From: Octopus sinensis
Taxonomy: Eukaryota
Assembly: GCF_006345805.1 (NCBI RefSeq)
Contig: NC_043010.1
Location: 20,088,001 to 20,152,000 of the forward strand
Direction: 5' to 3'
Length of the DNA stretch: 64,000 nt
Position 1 is the stretch's first letter. Each line of letters begins with the position of its first letter. The position numbers were made by a program, and so were the translations under genes. The notes under the pieces are model-generated. The model had not been told where the DNA came from. It made no database searches and was given only the letters and a program-made list of their open reading frames with translations. Positions 10,426-24,723 of the stretch are shown here, one piece after another.

Positions 10426-13400
10426 TACACACACACAAATACGTATACACATCATGCAAAAGGTGATCATATCCTACAGGGACAGATAGTGCGGGATTAA
10501 AATAAAGAAAACTAACGAAGTGGGGAATATACAAAAATAGACTTGGCTACACAAAGTAAACGAAACAAATATCTAAATTTTATAAGTAGGTTATTAAATA
10601 TCATAAATTTCTGTTTTCATTTTTTTTAAAACAGAATCCTTAAGCTAGAAGAGGAAAAATTTTAGTATTATATATATATATTTCATCAGCAGTCTTTTTA
10701 AAAACATTTTTAGACCACAGTAATAAGTATTGTTTGCTGTAAATTACACAGCAATGATACCAAGAACAACGGCAAGTGCCACGTAAACAACAATAAATTA
10801 ACGAATAATACCGAAATGGAACAAGAAAGCTTTTATAGCGTCGCTTGACGGTTTACTCGAGCAAAATAGTTCCAGTAATATATATCATATATTCAATAAT
10901 AAAGTACTCCTCTTTCACTCTCTTTAATGACAATAAATCTAGTCAAAGTCCATTTTCACCTGCACACAATCTAATTGTAAACCGTGAACGGCTACGTGTT
11001 GCTTGCATGTGAAAAGACATTTTAAGTCTCAACAGAAAATAATATTTTTTTTTTTCAAAATAATACAATAGAATTAATTTCAAATTATACAATATGAAAC
11101 GCTGGTTGATTTGAATGAGTTCAAATTCAGCCGAGGTGAACTTTGCTCATCATTCTTCCATGGTCGATAAAAAGAAATTGTACCACCACTCGCTGCTAAA
11201 TATGGTTTTGAGGTGGTGGTTAAAAATCACTTTCATTATTTCACTCGAGTAACAGTCAATTCCGTCTGCTAAAAACAACAGCCGAATATATCCCTACCGT
11301 CTTAATAAACAGTCCGAATAAAAGACAGGATGGTCACAGCTGGAACGTCTTTTATCATTGCTTTCCTGGACCAGGGCTGATTAGGAGCTCAACAACAACA
11401 GTTAACGTTTTCTCTCTCACTATATATACACACACTCCTACTATAATAATAATATCATACCATTATTATGATTAGTGTCGACTGTTTGGAGGTGGTGAGA
11501 AAAGGAGGAGGGTCGATGACGCCAATATAATCTAAATATATATACGTCAAAATATCCCACATTTATCAAAGTCACAAAATACGAGTTCTACTTACTAACA
11601 AGTGGTGATTAAATTAGTAAACAGGAAAATTGAGCTGGGAGTATTTAGTTTCTGACCTGACTGGTTTTTCCAAAAACTCGTCTGATTACGTCATCAGATT
11701 TTACCTCACACATTCTTCCTTGTTCAATTAAATCTCTCGCTCCGTCAACATTATTACTAATCGTTCCATTTATTGAACATTTAGGGTTCATAACTAACAA
11801 TAAAAAAAACCCACACACTTCCAAATTTTTATGAGTAATAATAATAATGACGATTGCAAATTTTGCCACTAAGGCAACAATTTGGGGGTGGAAGGGAGAA
11901 GTCGATTACATCGACCCCCAGTACGCAACTGGTACTTAATTTATCGACCCCGGAAAGATGAAAGGCAAAGTCGACCTGGGTGGAATTTGAACTCAGAACG
12001 GTGAAATAATATTAATAATAATAACTAGGTCTCAAAATCATTCCCACCCACTTTTTTTGTCTTAGAGAAATTATATCAATTTAGAAAATATATAATTTTA
12101 AAGCATATATACATACAGATAATTAATAAATAGAACATTCAGAATTTACGACATAATTATAGAACAAGCACTCTTTGAAGAATTACAAGAATTTCAAGAT
12201 GAAAATTTTGGGTGATTGTAAACAGATAGGTTATTCAAATAGTAAAAGACTTAATATTTACAGAAGATATTGCGGCCAAAGCAGAGTAACAAAACAACAG
12301 TTTACATTTGAATTATTAAGACATAATTATGTCGAGTTAAAGAAACCAACTATTAATATTAAGTCTTTAACGCATTTAATATTGGCTTATATTTTGGTTT
12401 ACGATTCGTAAGTAGGACAGAATATTAAGGGTATGTAAAATGTAGTTCTTAGACTCAAACTATACAGCAGGTTAGATGAAAGAGAGAAATCACATATTTC
12501 ATAAATGGATTTACAAAGGGCCGTAAAGGATAAATTTGAAGGAAATTTTTAAAAGGTAATAAAAAGTAATAATGGTTAACGATGTACAATGTTAAATCTT
12601 TCTACTATGGCCAAGTCTCCATTTTAGAATCTCAAATAATAATAATGTTCATTAGTGTACCTCAGAGATCTATGTGTGTGTGTGTGTGCATATCAATGTG
12701 TGTGTGTGTGTGCATATCAATGTGTGTGTGTGTGTGCATATCAATGTGTGTGTGTGTGCATAATATGTGTGTGTGTGTGCATATCTGTGTGTGTGTGTGT
12801 GTGTAGTCACATATATGCACAAATATTTGCTTACATACACACACATATATGTGTATATATATGCATATGTATGTATATGCCTTTCATCTATCTATTTATT
12901 TGTCTATCTATCTATATATGTATGTGTGTATATATATATGTGCGCGTGTATGTATATATACACACATAGGCGATATGCACATATCTTGAGGTGAATAAAA
13001 TACATATTCTCAAATCTGTGGTTTTTGGTTAATAATTTCAAAAGCTTACCGTTGCAGTTCAGATTATAAGCGATATCAACATGTACGAAACAGTAATGAA
13101 TAAGTAAAAGTTAATGCGGCTTATATATATACAACAGCTTGGACGACCAGTGAAATCCACTTTATTAATAACGCTCAGGGAAAAACCGTCACAAGCACTT
13201 CAAAAGCTCATTGGGGAAATTTTGTGATAGCAATTTATTTCCTCATTCATAAATGAAAAGTTTTTCTAAGTAAATTTCACTATTTTTGAAAATATTATTA
13301 TTTTTACATGAATGGAATTTGCCAACTTTTGATAAATTAAAGATCAGTTTTTTTTTATTTAATTTCTTAAAATTTAACTTTCTCTACGGTTTCGTTCCGA

Positions 13401-13662
13401 CTGCGAGTTCAAGTACCTGTCAAGTGCTACTAGAGGTTGACCTTACACGTGTCGCACGTTATGTAGAAAAAGTCTGTGATGAGAATATTTATTATGGAGA
13501 CTACCAGTTTCAACGGAATGGGATCCTATAAGTAGTTCCTTGATCTGCTAGAGAGTGCAGCCAAGATACGTTAGTTCATGTAGCTTTACTAAAAACTTGG
13601 AATGGAAACGGCAGTAATGTTTTTGTTCTGAGGTATAGTTTCGTTCTTGGTAGATTTGATCT

Positions 13663-13835
<173 letters not shown>

Positions 13836-13899
13836 TTTCTTCGATTTATAGAATTTTTTCTAGAAATGTCATTGTACACAAACGCTCATATATAGATTT

Positions 13900-14485
<586 letters not shown>

Positions 14486-14644
14486 GGCGGTGTATAGTTA
14501 CACACACACACACATGAATGTCTGTTTTTACATTAAGTTATAATAAAAACAATTTTACATTAATCTGATGTGTTGCTCTCTACTTCTATTTAATATATAA
14601 TAAAGGTGCACTGCAACTAAAACAAAAAACATTTCTAATTTAGA

Positions 14645-17600
14645 AACAAACGGCATCAGGTGTACCACTTTTGGCGAATTTCAGGAAGCATGGTACTTTT
14701 GAAGGATGTTGCCTCTCGACAGCTGGCAACTAATGCAGGTGGTTGGTTTATCCCGTGCTTCAGCAATTCTGAGCGTGAAAAAAGGTTTCCGAAAGTCGTG
14801 GGTGCTGTTTTGTTTTCTGATTTTGTAAGCATATTCACGAGTGTTTGACAAATGGAATTTAAAAAAATTGCCCAGTGTTGTTATTGGAAAGATGGTGGCT
14901 AATCTTGTGGGTGTCTATCAAGTTAGTTGCCAGACGTTTGAGTTTCAATGTGTCCACGCCTGAGAAGCAAGACGGCCTGTATTCGTTTTGTTGAACGTTT
15001 CTGAACAGTTTCCAGGACATTTATGTGCTGACCAAGATAGGGGTTCCAGAGGCGGCGAGCTGGCAGAAACGTTAGCATGCCGAGCGAAATGCTTAGCGGT
15101 ATTTCATCTGCCATTACGTTCTGAGTTCAAATTCCGACTTTGCCTTTCATCCTTTCGGGGTTACGCACTGGGATCGATATAATCGACTTAATCCGTTTGT
15201 CCCCTCTGTGTATAGCTTCTTGTGGGCAGTAAAGAAATAAGATAGGGGTTCCAGACTGGTGATGCAAGTGTGGACGTACTACAGGCATATACTGCTTTAA
15301 ATAGACAACTTGAGAGCGGCTGTCCAAGTTCTTACTGAGTGATGCTAAGACACCTCTAGCGTTCTTGATAATCTTAGAGATGTGGTTCGTCCAACGCAGA
15401 TCGCTGTTTACAATAATACCCAGGTCACGTTCGCTAACAGACTTATAAGTTTGATGTTGTTGAGAGAGTATGTAAAAGCTGGGTTTCCCCTCCCAAATTT
15501 CATGGTGGTGCACTTGTCCACAGCCAGATTGAGTTGTCAGTCGGTCACCCATTGCTGCATCATGTCCAGGTCTGATTACAGGAAAGATCTATAGCATATA
15601 GGATCTGTTCTTTTTATCTCAAGGTACAGCTTGATGTCATCTGCATATTTCAATACTGTAACATTCTTCAAATCGGCATCTATGTCATTAATATATGCAA
15701 CTAACAACAGGAGCCCAAGAACGAATACCTGTGGTACATCAGGTGTCATCTCATAGGGTGTAGAATGATGTCCTAGAAACGTTACTACCTTTTTTCAACC
15801 AAGAATGAAGGATCTCAATCAATTATAGAGATCATCTTTCACGTCCATTGCATAAAGTTTTGCTATGGGTCGTTTGTGTGACACGGAATTGAAGGCTTTA
15901 GCTAAGTCAAGATAGATAACATCCACCCATGAGCCACCATCAGTAATTCAGGTGATGTCCTCAAGAAACTCAATGAGTTAGCTACAGCAGATGTAGTTAG
16001 AGATGAATCTAAATTGTAAGGGTCGGATAAAGCTGTGAGAGTTCCAGAAGTTTCCAGAGTGTTTCTCTGACACAAGACTCCATCAGTTTGGTGATGCAGC
16101 AAGTAAGGCTGACTGGACAGTAGTTGACAGGTGATGTGCGGTCACCCTTTTTGTAAAGGGGAACGACACTGGCAATTTCCCACTTCTCTGAATTGGAAAA
16201 AGAATGAAAGCTGGTGCAAAATAAAGAATGTGACATATTTGAGAAGCAGATAAGTAACACCATCAAGACCAGGAGAGGAATAGTTGTGCTTGTTCTTGAG
16301 GAGGCGTCGCAGCATTGCGGGTGGGAATTTTACCGATGTTATAGGATTTGATGTCAGAGTTGGTGAAGAAGGTACATTTGGATTTTCAACAGTAAAAATG
16401 GCAGCATCGCCTTTGGGATCATCAGTGATCCGACCTGTATGGAGATTGTAAAAAGGACCAATAGGAGAGTGAGGTCTCTGCTTCGAACGTACATATTTCC
16501 AGAACACTTTACTGTCGGGGCTGGTTGCTATACGTTGTTCAAACTCAAGCACTGCTTTTTTTTGTCATTTGCTTGAGATAGTTGGACGATCTATAGCGTC
16601 TTCTATTCCCATCTGTTCTATGTTGTCTATATTCCTTGCCAAATTGCACCGTTTTCATTTTTAGAGCGTTTGCGCGCTACTGACGCATCACATGCGGCCC
16701 AGATTGCACTGATAATATTTTGAAATACAGTATTGATGTCTCCTGAATCGTAAAATTCAAACTAGTTTGGGTGTCGTAACTCCTTACAGTAACAATTCCA
16801 GTCTGCTTTGTTCCAGTCAATGCGAGTGGTTTGAAGGTGGTGGCAGTACTTCTTGTTTCTGCCTATAAGAGACAAATTGGCAATGATCATAGCATGATCG
16901 GAGTCACCTAGAGATTCCTTCATCGTAACATTGATAACAGTTTCAGGAGTGGTGGTGAAGAGCAGGTCCAACGTGTTATTACCTCTTGTGAGGGAGGTAA
17001 CTACTTGGGACCAGTTTGCATCCAGCGCTACATCAACGAAATCGTCTGCACTTTGCGGCCAAAGAAAAGCTTCCCAATCAATTTAAGGGTAGTCGAAGTT
17101 ACCAGCAACGAAAGCATTACCGGTTGTTTTCCTCGATGTAGCCCCGAGGATTAAAAAAGGCTGTGTGTCTTGATGGTAATTTGGTGGGCGATGGACAACT
17201 AGCAGTGTTGACATGCTTTATGCGTAATTCGCAAAAGAGTCCCGTTTGTTGTGATTGGTTCAAATCATCACAAGGAATTACTGAAAATTTTGACCGAATG
17301 TAGACACTAGCGTAGCTGGATGCTGGCGAAGGGGCAGTCTGCCCTAGGCGGCACCACTAAAGGGTCTGCAGTAAGGAATATGTTTTTTTGTTTTTTTTTT
17401 GGTGGGGCTGTAAACTGAAGGGCCGGCCAGGGTGGCACACACTTTAGCTGCGCCAGTGAATGTAGACCATCACGCCGCCTCCATCTATGCAAAAAAAACA
17501 CCACCACAGAGTAGAAAGTGTTTCTGTGACTGTGATGAAATTGGATGTAGGAGTCAAAAAGATGTACCTGGATGCACAAACTTCGGGCATTGAAACGGGA

Positions 17601-17650
17601 TTTGATCCCGCCATGATGACATATAGATATGTGTTTTGTTGTTCAGTGAC
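14645..17650 (-). mobile_element. Decayed CR1/L2-like LINE ORF2 (APE endonuclease + RT)
   Basis: EN motifs (ITVTET, LDLLFT, SDHAMI) at 16760-17550; PVSLTCCITKLME; KYADDIKLY at about 15624-15650; CR1-type C-terminus FSRSELLKHGINQPPALVA near 14700. Many stops and frameshifts; SINE inserted at about 15050-15240. Confidence 0.85.
17305..17458. mobile_element. 154-bp hAT-type MITE
   Basis: TIR CACT(A/G)GCG(T/C)AGCT; perfect 8-bp TSD aatgtaga at 17297-17304 and 17459-17466. Interrupts the LINE endonuclease region. Confidence 0.85.
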
Positions 17651-18475
17651 AACACTGAGAATAGTTTTTGTACCGGTCTGTATAGGTGAAGTAATATTCT
17701 AGTCGATGATGGTGGACGGGTGTTCCTATTGTTTTTGGATATACGGCGTTGGATCGCCAGGCTTAGGGCGGCCCTTCATATTTTGCAGGTAATTTAATAA
17801 ATAAGAGTTTCCTCCTTGGTTAGTCATTTGATCGGGTGATATATTGTGCATGTTTATGTTATTTGGTGTTGCGGTTTTCGCATAGTTTTTGCTGCACTTC
17901 CCTGTTGCTGTTTATTTCTTCATTCGTTTTGTGTCTTCCAGATGCTGGAAGTTGCATTCCAAGTTCGGGCATGTTTTCGAAATTGAGAATTCTGGCACAG
18001 ATTAGGATGGAAGAAGGCTCACCTGTTACCTTTTGTACATCCATATTTAGGGTCAGGGCCATGGACACTGTATTGGGGACAATATTTGGGGTGAAGGTTG
18101 GAGCAGTCTTTTCCAGTTATACGGACTAGTGTCCTTTAAAAGTCTATGGCATAAGGAAAGATGAGAGATGTGCTGTTTTAAAATGCTGCTGGTCCTGTTC
18201 ATTAAATCATCTCATAACGTACATTATTAAATGACATAATATATAATCGTGTATCAGCCGTAAGAGAGTTAATTGTCGATATATTTAGAAATAAAAGTGC
18301 GTGTGTATGAGTGAGTGGGTGTGGATTCAATATATTTGGTTAAGGGTATTTCTACAGATATTTCATAGAAAGTATAACCAGCACTGGTTTTGCTACGTTT
18401 TGTATCGAGTAAGAAGCACTGCTGACGTAGTAGAACGTGGTACTAGTTTATAAAACCATTTATTATACTTTATAG

Positions 18476-19181
18476 CATAGGTTCTCAAAGTGTGCGCTAC
18501 CAAACCCACCCCCGGTGGGCATTGAAACGGTCCAGGTAGGTGCTGGTGCCTAAGGAGGCGGGAGAGAAAAAGGAGGCATTGGGAGGAAGGCAGGGGATTG
18601 GGGGACACTGTGGATTTAGATTATTATTATAGTATTGTATACAAATTATATAATATTATATTCTTTTCTGCTCTAGGCACAAGGCCCGGAATTTTTAGGG
18701 AGTGGGGGAGCCATTCGATTAGATCGGCCCCAGTACGCAAATGGTACTTAATTTATCGACCCCGAAAGGATGAAAGGCAAAGTCGACCTCGGTGGAATTT
18801 GAACCCAGAACGTAAAGACAGACGAAGTACTTATTTCTTTACTACCCACAAGGGGCTAAACACAGAGACGACAAACAAGGACAGACAAAGGGATATCGAC
18901 CCCAGTGCGTAACTGGTACTTAATTTATCGATCCCGAAAGGATGAAAAGCAAAGTCGACCTCGGCGGAATTTGAACTCGGAACGTAGCGGCAGACGAAAT
19001 ACCGCTTAGCATTTCGCCCGGCGAGCTAATGTTTCTGCCAGCTCGCAGCCTTTATATAATGTTATATTAAATATCAAATGATTCATAGTATATGTAAATT
19101 AGTAAAATATAAAATATTTATTTATGCATAAAAATAGAGGTGGGGGCCATGAAGGGGGCCCAAAATATTTGAGAACCTCTA
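18476..19181. mobile_element. hAT (Charlie-like) non-autonomous element containing two SINE copies
   Basis: Termini cataggttctcaaa / tttgagaacctcta; 8-bp TSD ctttatag at 18468-18475 and 19182-19189. Minus-strand SINEs at about 18670-19030. Confidence 0.75.
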
Positions 19182-19349
19182 CTTTATAGTATATTAAATT
19201 TGCATAGCGAAGTACCACGTACCTCCAAACCTTCAGTGTATATAATATAATTATGGAGAAATTAGCTGTGCATTTGATACAAATCAAAAGAAATTAATAG
19301 CGTACACTTGAAATTTCCTTGAGTTTATAAATTTCCGCTGAGTGATCTA

Positions 19350-19575
19350 CAGGGTGTTCAAAAAAGTATCTCCACAGTGGATTCAGCCTAGGAAGTGCTC
19401 ACACGGCAGTAAAAAAAAGAATATAAATAATATGTATTGAAAATGAAGGACGACACTTTCAAGTTTTTTTAAAGGCTTGTAGCATCTAATATATTATTTC
19501 GTACTCTAATACCATCTTATAAATATTTATTTTGCTATAAAATACTTACTGCAAAGAGACTTTTTGAACACCCTG
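19350..19575. mobile_element. Tc1/mariner-type MITE
   Basis: TA|CAGGGTGTTCAAAAA ... TTTTTGAACACCCTG|TA. Confidence 0.85.
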
Positions 19576-19968
19576 TATATCTTCCGATGATTAGAGGAGA
19601 CCGGGGTTGGTTGACTACATGTTTTACATTTTCACTGACAGAGCAATCCTATTTAATGTATTCTACTGCATCTTGTATTACACGCATAAATCAACCACAG
19701 CAGAAGACTTACGAAGCTAGAGATCTCATCTGCTTATTGTCTGGATTTATATTTTATGCATTTTCTAAGACCACTTAAATATGTCAACTTGCCCCGGTAC
19801 CGGGGCAAGTTGACACATATAATGGGGTATGTTGACACATGAATACATTTTCTTGGAACATACATGTTACTGGACAGAAACATACGATATAAGCTAGTTG
19901 GTTTGATCAAGGGCCTTCATTACGGTTTCGTTACATATGTAGGAAAACGACCGTACGTAAGGAGTTGG

Positions 19969-20861
19969 TGACAGAAATGTCTCCTTTTAAACGCCGCACG
20001 GTCGACCCACGAAAGAAGGAGCCAAATACATGATATAAATGGATAAATGCCAAAAGGAATAATGAGAACGACAACCGTTCTACTGTTTGAAAGAGAAGAC
20101 TTTATTTACAGATGTGTACAACAAGATAAAGTATGGGTGCTTGCAAAGTGGAGTGTCTGTGTGCATGCGACAAGTGTTTGTGTCTGTGTGTTCATATGTG
20201 TACGACAGAAGTACAAACAAGGTGTATGCGTATGTGAGACAGAATACAATACAGAGCATAGAATGAGTCTCTCAGAGTATTTCAGACAAGATGGAGTTAA
20301 TTTACCAGTTCGTATTAAGGTACACAATAGTAATAGTTCTGTAACAGGATGTTGGGGTCACAAGGCAGGATGTCGGTTGAACACATGTCGTGTAGCGGTT
20401 GGGGCTTCAATGCTGTGCCAGGTCTCTTGATACAGGAATTCTTGCAGGTAGTGCTGTGCTGTTAACCTTGGTGAAAATCACAACAGCGAGAAAGCTAAAC
20501 CTGAGCGAGTGCTGTGTACGTATTGGTATTGCTGGAGATGAAGGCGACGGAGATGGAGAGCGTCCTGCGTTGCTGGTGTATGTTAGCGTCGTCGCGGGAA
20601 CTGGCTGTCTGGTTGTAGTGTGGTCAATGGTTGAGTCGCTTTGTGGTCAGAGGTTAGTCCTGAGAAGGACTAGAACCAAAGACGAGAAATAGTGATTTGC
20701 TGGTGCCTTTTATAACCTGAGGTGGGCTCCAGTGAAACCCCAAAAAGACTGTGTCATGGGACCTTATCCGAAGGCCGTGATTGGTTGGCTTACACGCTGG
20801 CGCAAAATAAGTTAAGAGAGAAACTGCGCCACTGTCAATCAATCAGAGCAGTGGACACAAC
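19969..20861 (-). mobile_element. Solo-LTR-like insertion in the pogo 3' region
   Basis: Minus strand starts tgttg, then CCAATC (~20780), TATAAAAG (~20715) and AATAAA (~20100), and ends ...tgtca. No clean TSD found; boundaries approximate. Confidence 0.5.
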
Positions 20862-20945
20862 AGGGTCAAAATAGCCGAAGATGGTTGTTATCTAATACGA
20901 GATCGTTTCTAATATATCTCTCAAACAGTGAGGATATCATCTACG

Positions 20946-22664
20946 CTACAAATCATCATCAGAGTCACGATTTGGGCATGTGAATATTGTCAGACCTGGT
21001 GTGCATGCCTCGTGAGCCCAACCTTTACAATCAGAGCATTGAAGCCACACTTCCTTTCCTTTGCTGTTGGAAAAAGGCTCGCAGCACACTAAGCAATAGC
21101 ACTCTTCCTCATCAGAAGTATCACTTTCTTGAATTTGAAATTTTTTCTTGACAGTTGGACCTTTTCCCTTCGTTGACCTGCCCTTACTGAGTCCCTCTCC
21201 TGTCGTTCCTTTATCAATGTTTGTCTTCTTTTTTACTTTTACTTTTTGTCTTTTCTTCTATGATTTTCTTTTAACCGGCGTGTCGGTGAAGATTTCAGAA
21301 CAACGTTTCTTTCTTCCTCTGGTTGATTCTTTCCTAGGGCCTGATTTGGGTAGTGGACGGATTTGAAATGGTGAAAGAAAAGACCTGGCGGCTATGTTGC
21401 TTGAAGGCCCAGGTGTTGCAGGTGCTAAAGGCCCAGGTGCGGAAAATGCAGGATCCCGCAGGTCAGTGACATAGCTTGGTGCAAAGTCGCTGTCTGTGAA
21501 AATGTTGCGATTAAAAGGGCGTATTCCTGTTGAAGAAAAGCCACTAAGAATGTTCGTCGGAGTTGCAGTCAATGGCCATGCAGTTTTGACAATACACGGA
21601 ATGTCATAAATGGCCATGGTCTGGCCAGGATGGTTGATATGCCAGTCATCAATGGCAGTGTTTGTGTACTTCTTCAGTGGTTCATAGACCGCATTGTCCA
21701 ACGGCTGTAACCTGTGTGTGCAGTGAGGTGGGAAAGAAAGCATGGTGATGCCATTGTCTGATGCATAAGTCAGCCCCTCGATACTAAGGTGGGAATCGTG
21801 ATTGTCCAGCAAGAGAAGGCACGGTGACTGCTTTGAACATTTCACATTCCTCATAAAGTGTTGAAGGAATTTCACAAACTGCTCCTCAAACATCCAACCA
21901 GATGGATTAGCACCTCCATCGCTGCCTGACGGTCCATTGTTCAGGAAAAACAAAAAACGGTGGTATGCTGTTTCCAGCGGCATTTACACAGCATGCCAAT
22001 GTGACCAGAGTTCCCCTCTCTGCACTTGTCATTTTTCTCACTTGCTTTATTCCTTTTCTGGAAATAATTCTATCGAGGCGCTGCACAGTTGTTATACCAG
22101 TTTCATCCATGTTGTAGATATTGAATGGATCAAATTTATACCGAAGCATCACCTCAGCAAGTTGGTAGAAAAACATAGCAACATTTGTCTTGTTTGAAAC
22201 TTGTTGCTCGTGCCAAGCTTGTTGCCTGTGGACTTCTTGTGGATAAATTCTTGTGTCGTTGAAGATATCCAGAGAACCAGTCTTCACCTGCCATTTCTGT
22301 CTCATGCGAGGTTGGAGGGATATTACATCCATCTGCCTTTGCCATCTGAGAAGCCAATTTCCGCACATCCTTTGGAGCAAGCCCATAGTAAATTTCTGCG
22401 GCAGCCAAAACAAAAGCCTCTAACTGATTCTCGAACTCGTCGGCGAGAATTTGCCGTGGCTTTTTATATCCACTAAGACTGTGATCGTTGTTGTTTGCTT
22501 CAGCGGCCTTGGTGCAGTAGCGAGACAGATTTTAAAGGGATGCCAAATGTCCTCGAAGCTTGCCGCAAGGAGATGGTACGAGCTCGGACCTGTTGAATAC
22601 CCTGTTGGATTACATCCTGTGGAAGGGTTGCCTTCTCGCTTTTGCGTTTGTAGTGTCGCACCAT
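20946..22664 (-). pseudogene. pogo-like transposase: HTH_psq, CENP-B HTH, DDE_1 and C-terminal PHD-like finger; frameshifted
   Basis: MVRHYKRKSEK...SLRQASRTFGIP; YYGLAPKDVRKLA...AGEDWFSGYLQRH; IYNMDETG; LLLDNHDSH; FPPHCTHRLQPLD; ECYCLVCCEPF...WLQCSDCKGWAHEAC...TCPNRDSDDDL*. Confidence 0.9.
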
Positions 22665-23999
22665 GACAATTGTAGATCTAGGTCTGTAAAGAGAGAGCGG
22701 GGGAGAAAAAAAGCAATTTAGCTCATTGCATAATCCAACAGTGAAAGCAAAACGAAGCTCTGAGTGTTCACCTACTTTTTAGTTTCAAGCATGCCTGGTC
22801 ACGGCATAACTTCATGCTTATATATCAGTGGTACAGGTTACAAAGCTGAGGCCGCAGACAAACTGCTGACTAAGTAGATAGTGGTATGACGATAGAATAG
22901 GTTGGTATAGATAAAGAGAGCTGATCTAAAACTATAGCAAACAATACATAAATTATTCAATGAATTGATCCAATGTACCAGACATGAATCAAATAGCAAA
23001 CACTCTTAGTTAAAATGGGACAGATACAGTCTGTGAATCAATGTAAGCAACACCTACAACAACTTTATCAAAGGCCAGGTCAAGTTGTCACACTGTGTCA
23101 ACGCGCCCCTGTTTACATGTGTCAACTTGCCCCGACCCCCATTTCCCTCGTAAATGTAAGCACTGAGAGAAAACCACTAGGGTTTCGCAAGAATCCATTT
23201 GTATAGGGTCGTGAGAGATATTTTACTAACTCCTTAAGGTTTAATACACATAATGCAGTTTTAAACAATATCCAAAATAACTAATTATCAAAAATGTCGA
23301 AAATAACTTACCAAGTGGAAATTTCCAATGTTGTCAGCGTGTAGCAGACAAACTCTCACAACGACGACGAAATCAAATGAGGGGCGAAGCTTATACTAAC
23401 AGCACTACTATGATCTCATTAAATCGTCCGAAAGTAGTTTCGCATTTTCTCTAGAGTAAATGTGTCAACGTGCCCCTGTAGTCAACTTGCCCCGGTCTAC
23501 CCTATAAAATGATTATAAAATCGTAGAAATTTCGAAGGTTTTGAGACTGGAAATAAAGGAAATTTCAGCTAGTACTGAGTTGAGAGCTGTTTCTTTATAA
23601 AAATCACACCTTGGTCTCACAGATTTATTATTCTTGGATCAGTTCAATCTCAGTGACATATTTTTTAATTAATATATATTTTTTTAACAGTTTGAAACTT
23701 CGGATACTGGTTGAATGTGTCGCGTAGAACACGTTTTACTTTTAGCGTTATTGACAAAATTTTGTATCTTAGAAGTTATTTCGTGTTAAAGTTGTAGTAT
23801 TTGGATAATTTTAACCAATCAATGACGTGTATTCAGCTGAAGAAAGTTACTGATGTTTGCGAAAGTAATGGAAGAGCAACAACTGTTTAGTTTTAAAAAA
23901 CTTAATTAAAAAGTCTGTGACTGAGATTGAACCGAATCTTATTCTTAAACAATAATGTTTTTGATAGTGAATTCGAGGTTTCGCCCAGCTGCGCGCGCG

Positions 24000-24061
<62 letters not shown>

Positions 24062-24627
24062 GGCGTTCCTAAAGAACGAAGTTGAAAAAGATCTGGCGCG
24101 CTAAAATCTCTGAATTCTTCAGATGTTTATGTTTTAACCATCTTAGATTACGATACAGATAAAAATTATTATTTTGGCAGGGCTGCTACCGACTCTTTAT
24201 GTAATTTCCCATTTTAAAAATATCTTATTTTATTTTATTTCATCTTATTTTATTTTTAAAATTTTGTTTCTCCGAATTTCAAAGTCATATCAGGCATATC
24301 ATAAAGGATCTTAATCTCAGATGTTAAAAACACAGACATTTGAGGAATTTCCAACTAAATCATTTTCAACTCTTTTTTTTAAGAACACTAGCCAACCATC
24401 AATACATACATGCATATATACATACATACATACATACATACATACATACATACATACATACATACATACATACATACATACATACATACAAGAAGGATAA
24501 ATGGCATTAAGGAAAAGCTGATGAAATATACTGTTCTGCTCACATTTAATTATAGAAGCAGAACATTGCAGTTAGAGAGACGATGGGTGGTGGGGATGTT
24601 TCCGTAAAGAAATTAGGTGGGCCCAAT

Positions 24628-24723
<96 letters not shown>

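Larger units (their letters stand above)
19800..23501 (-). mobile_element. pogo-family (DDE_1) DNA transposon, near full length
   Basis: TIR core CCGGGGCAAGTTGAC at both ends; the right end reads ...gtcaacttgccccggtctaccc|TA. Internal transposase pseudogene. Confidence 0.85.

Noticed and set aside
12175-12535. Possible piggyBac transposase 3' remnant ending gggccgtaaaggataa
   Set aside because: Too degraded; no catalytic motif or matching left TIR found.
13286-13545. GC-balanced stretch with a plus-strand 81-aa ORF and possible minus-strand splice sites
   Set aside because: No recognisable motif; several mutually exclusive readings, none supportable without transcripts.
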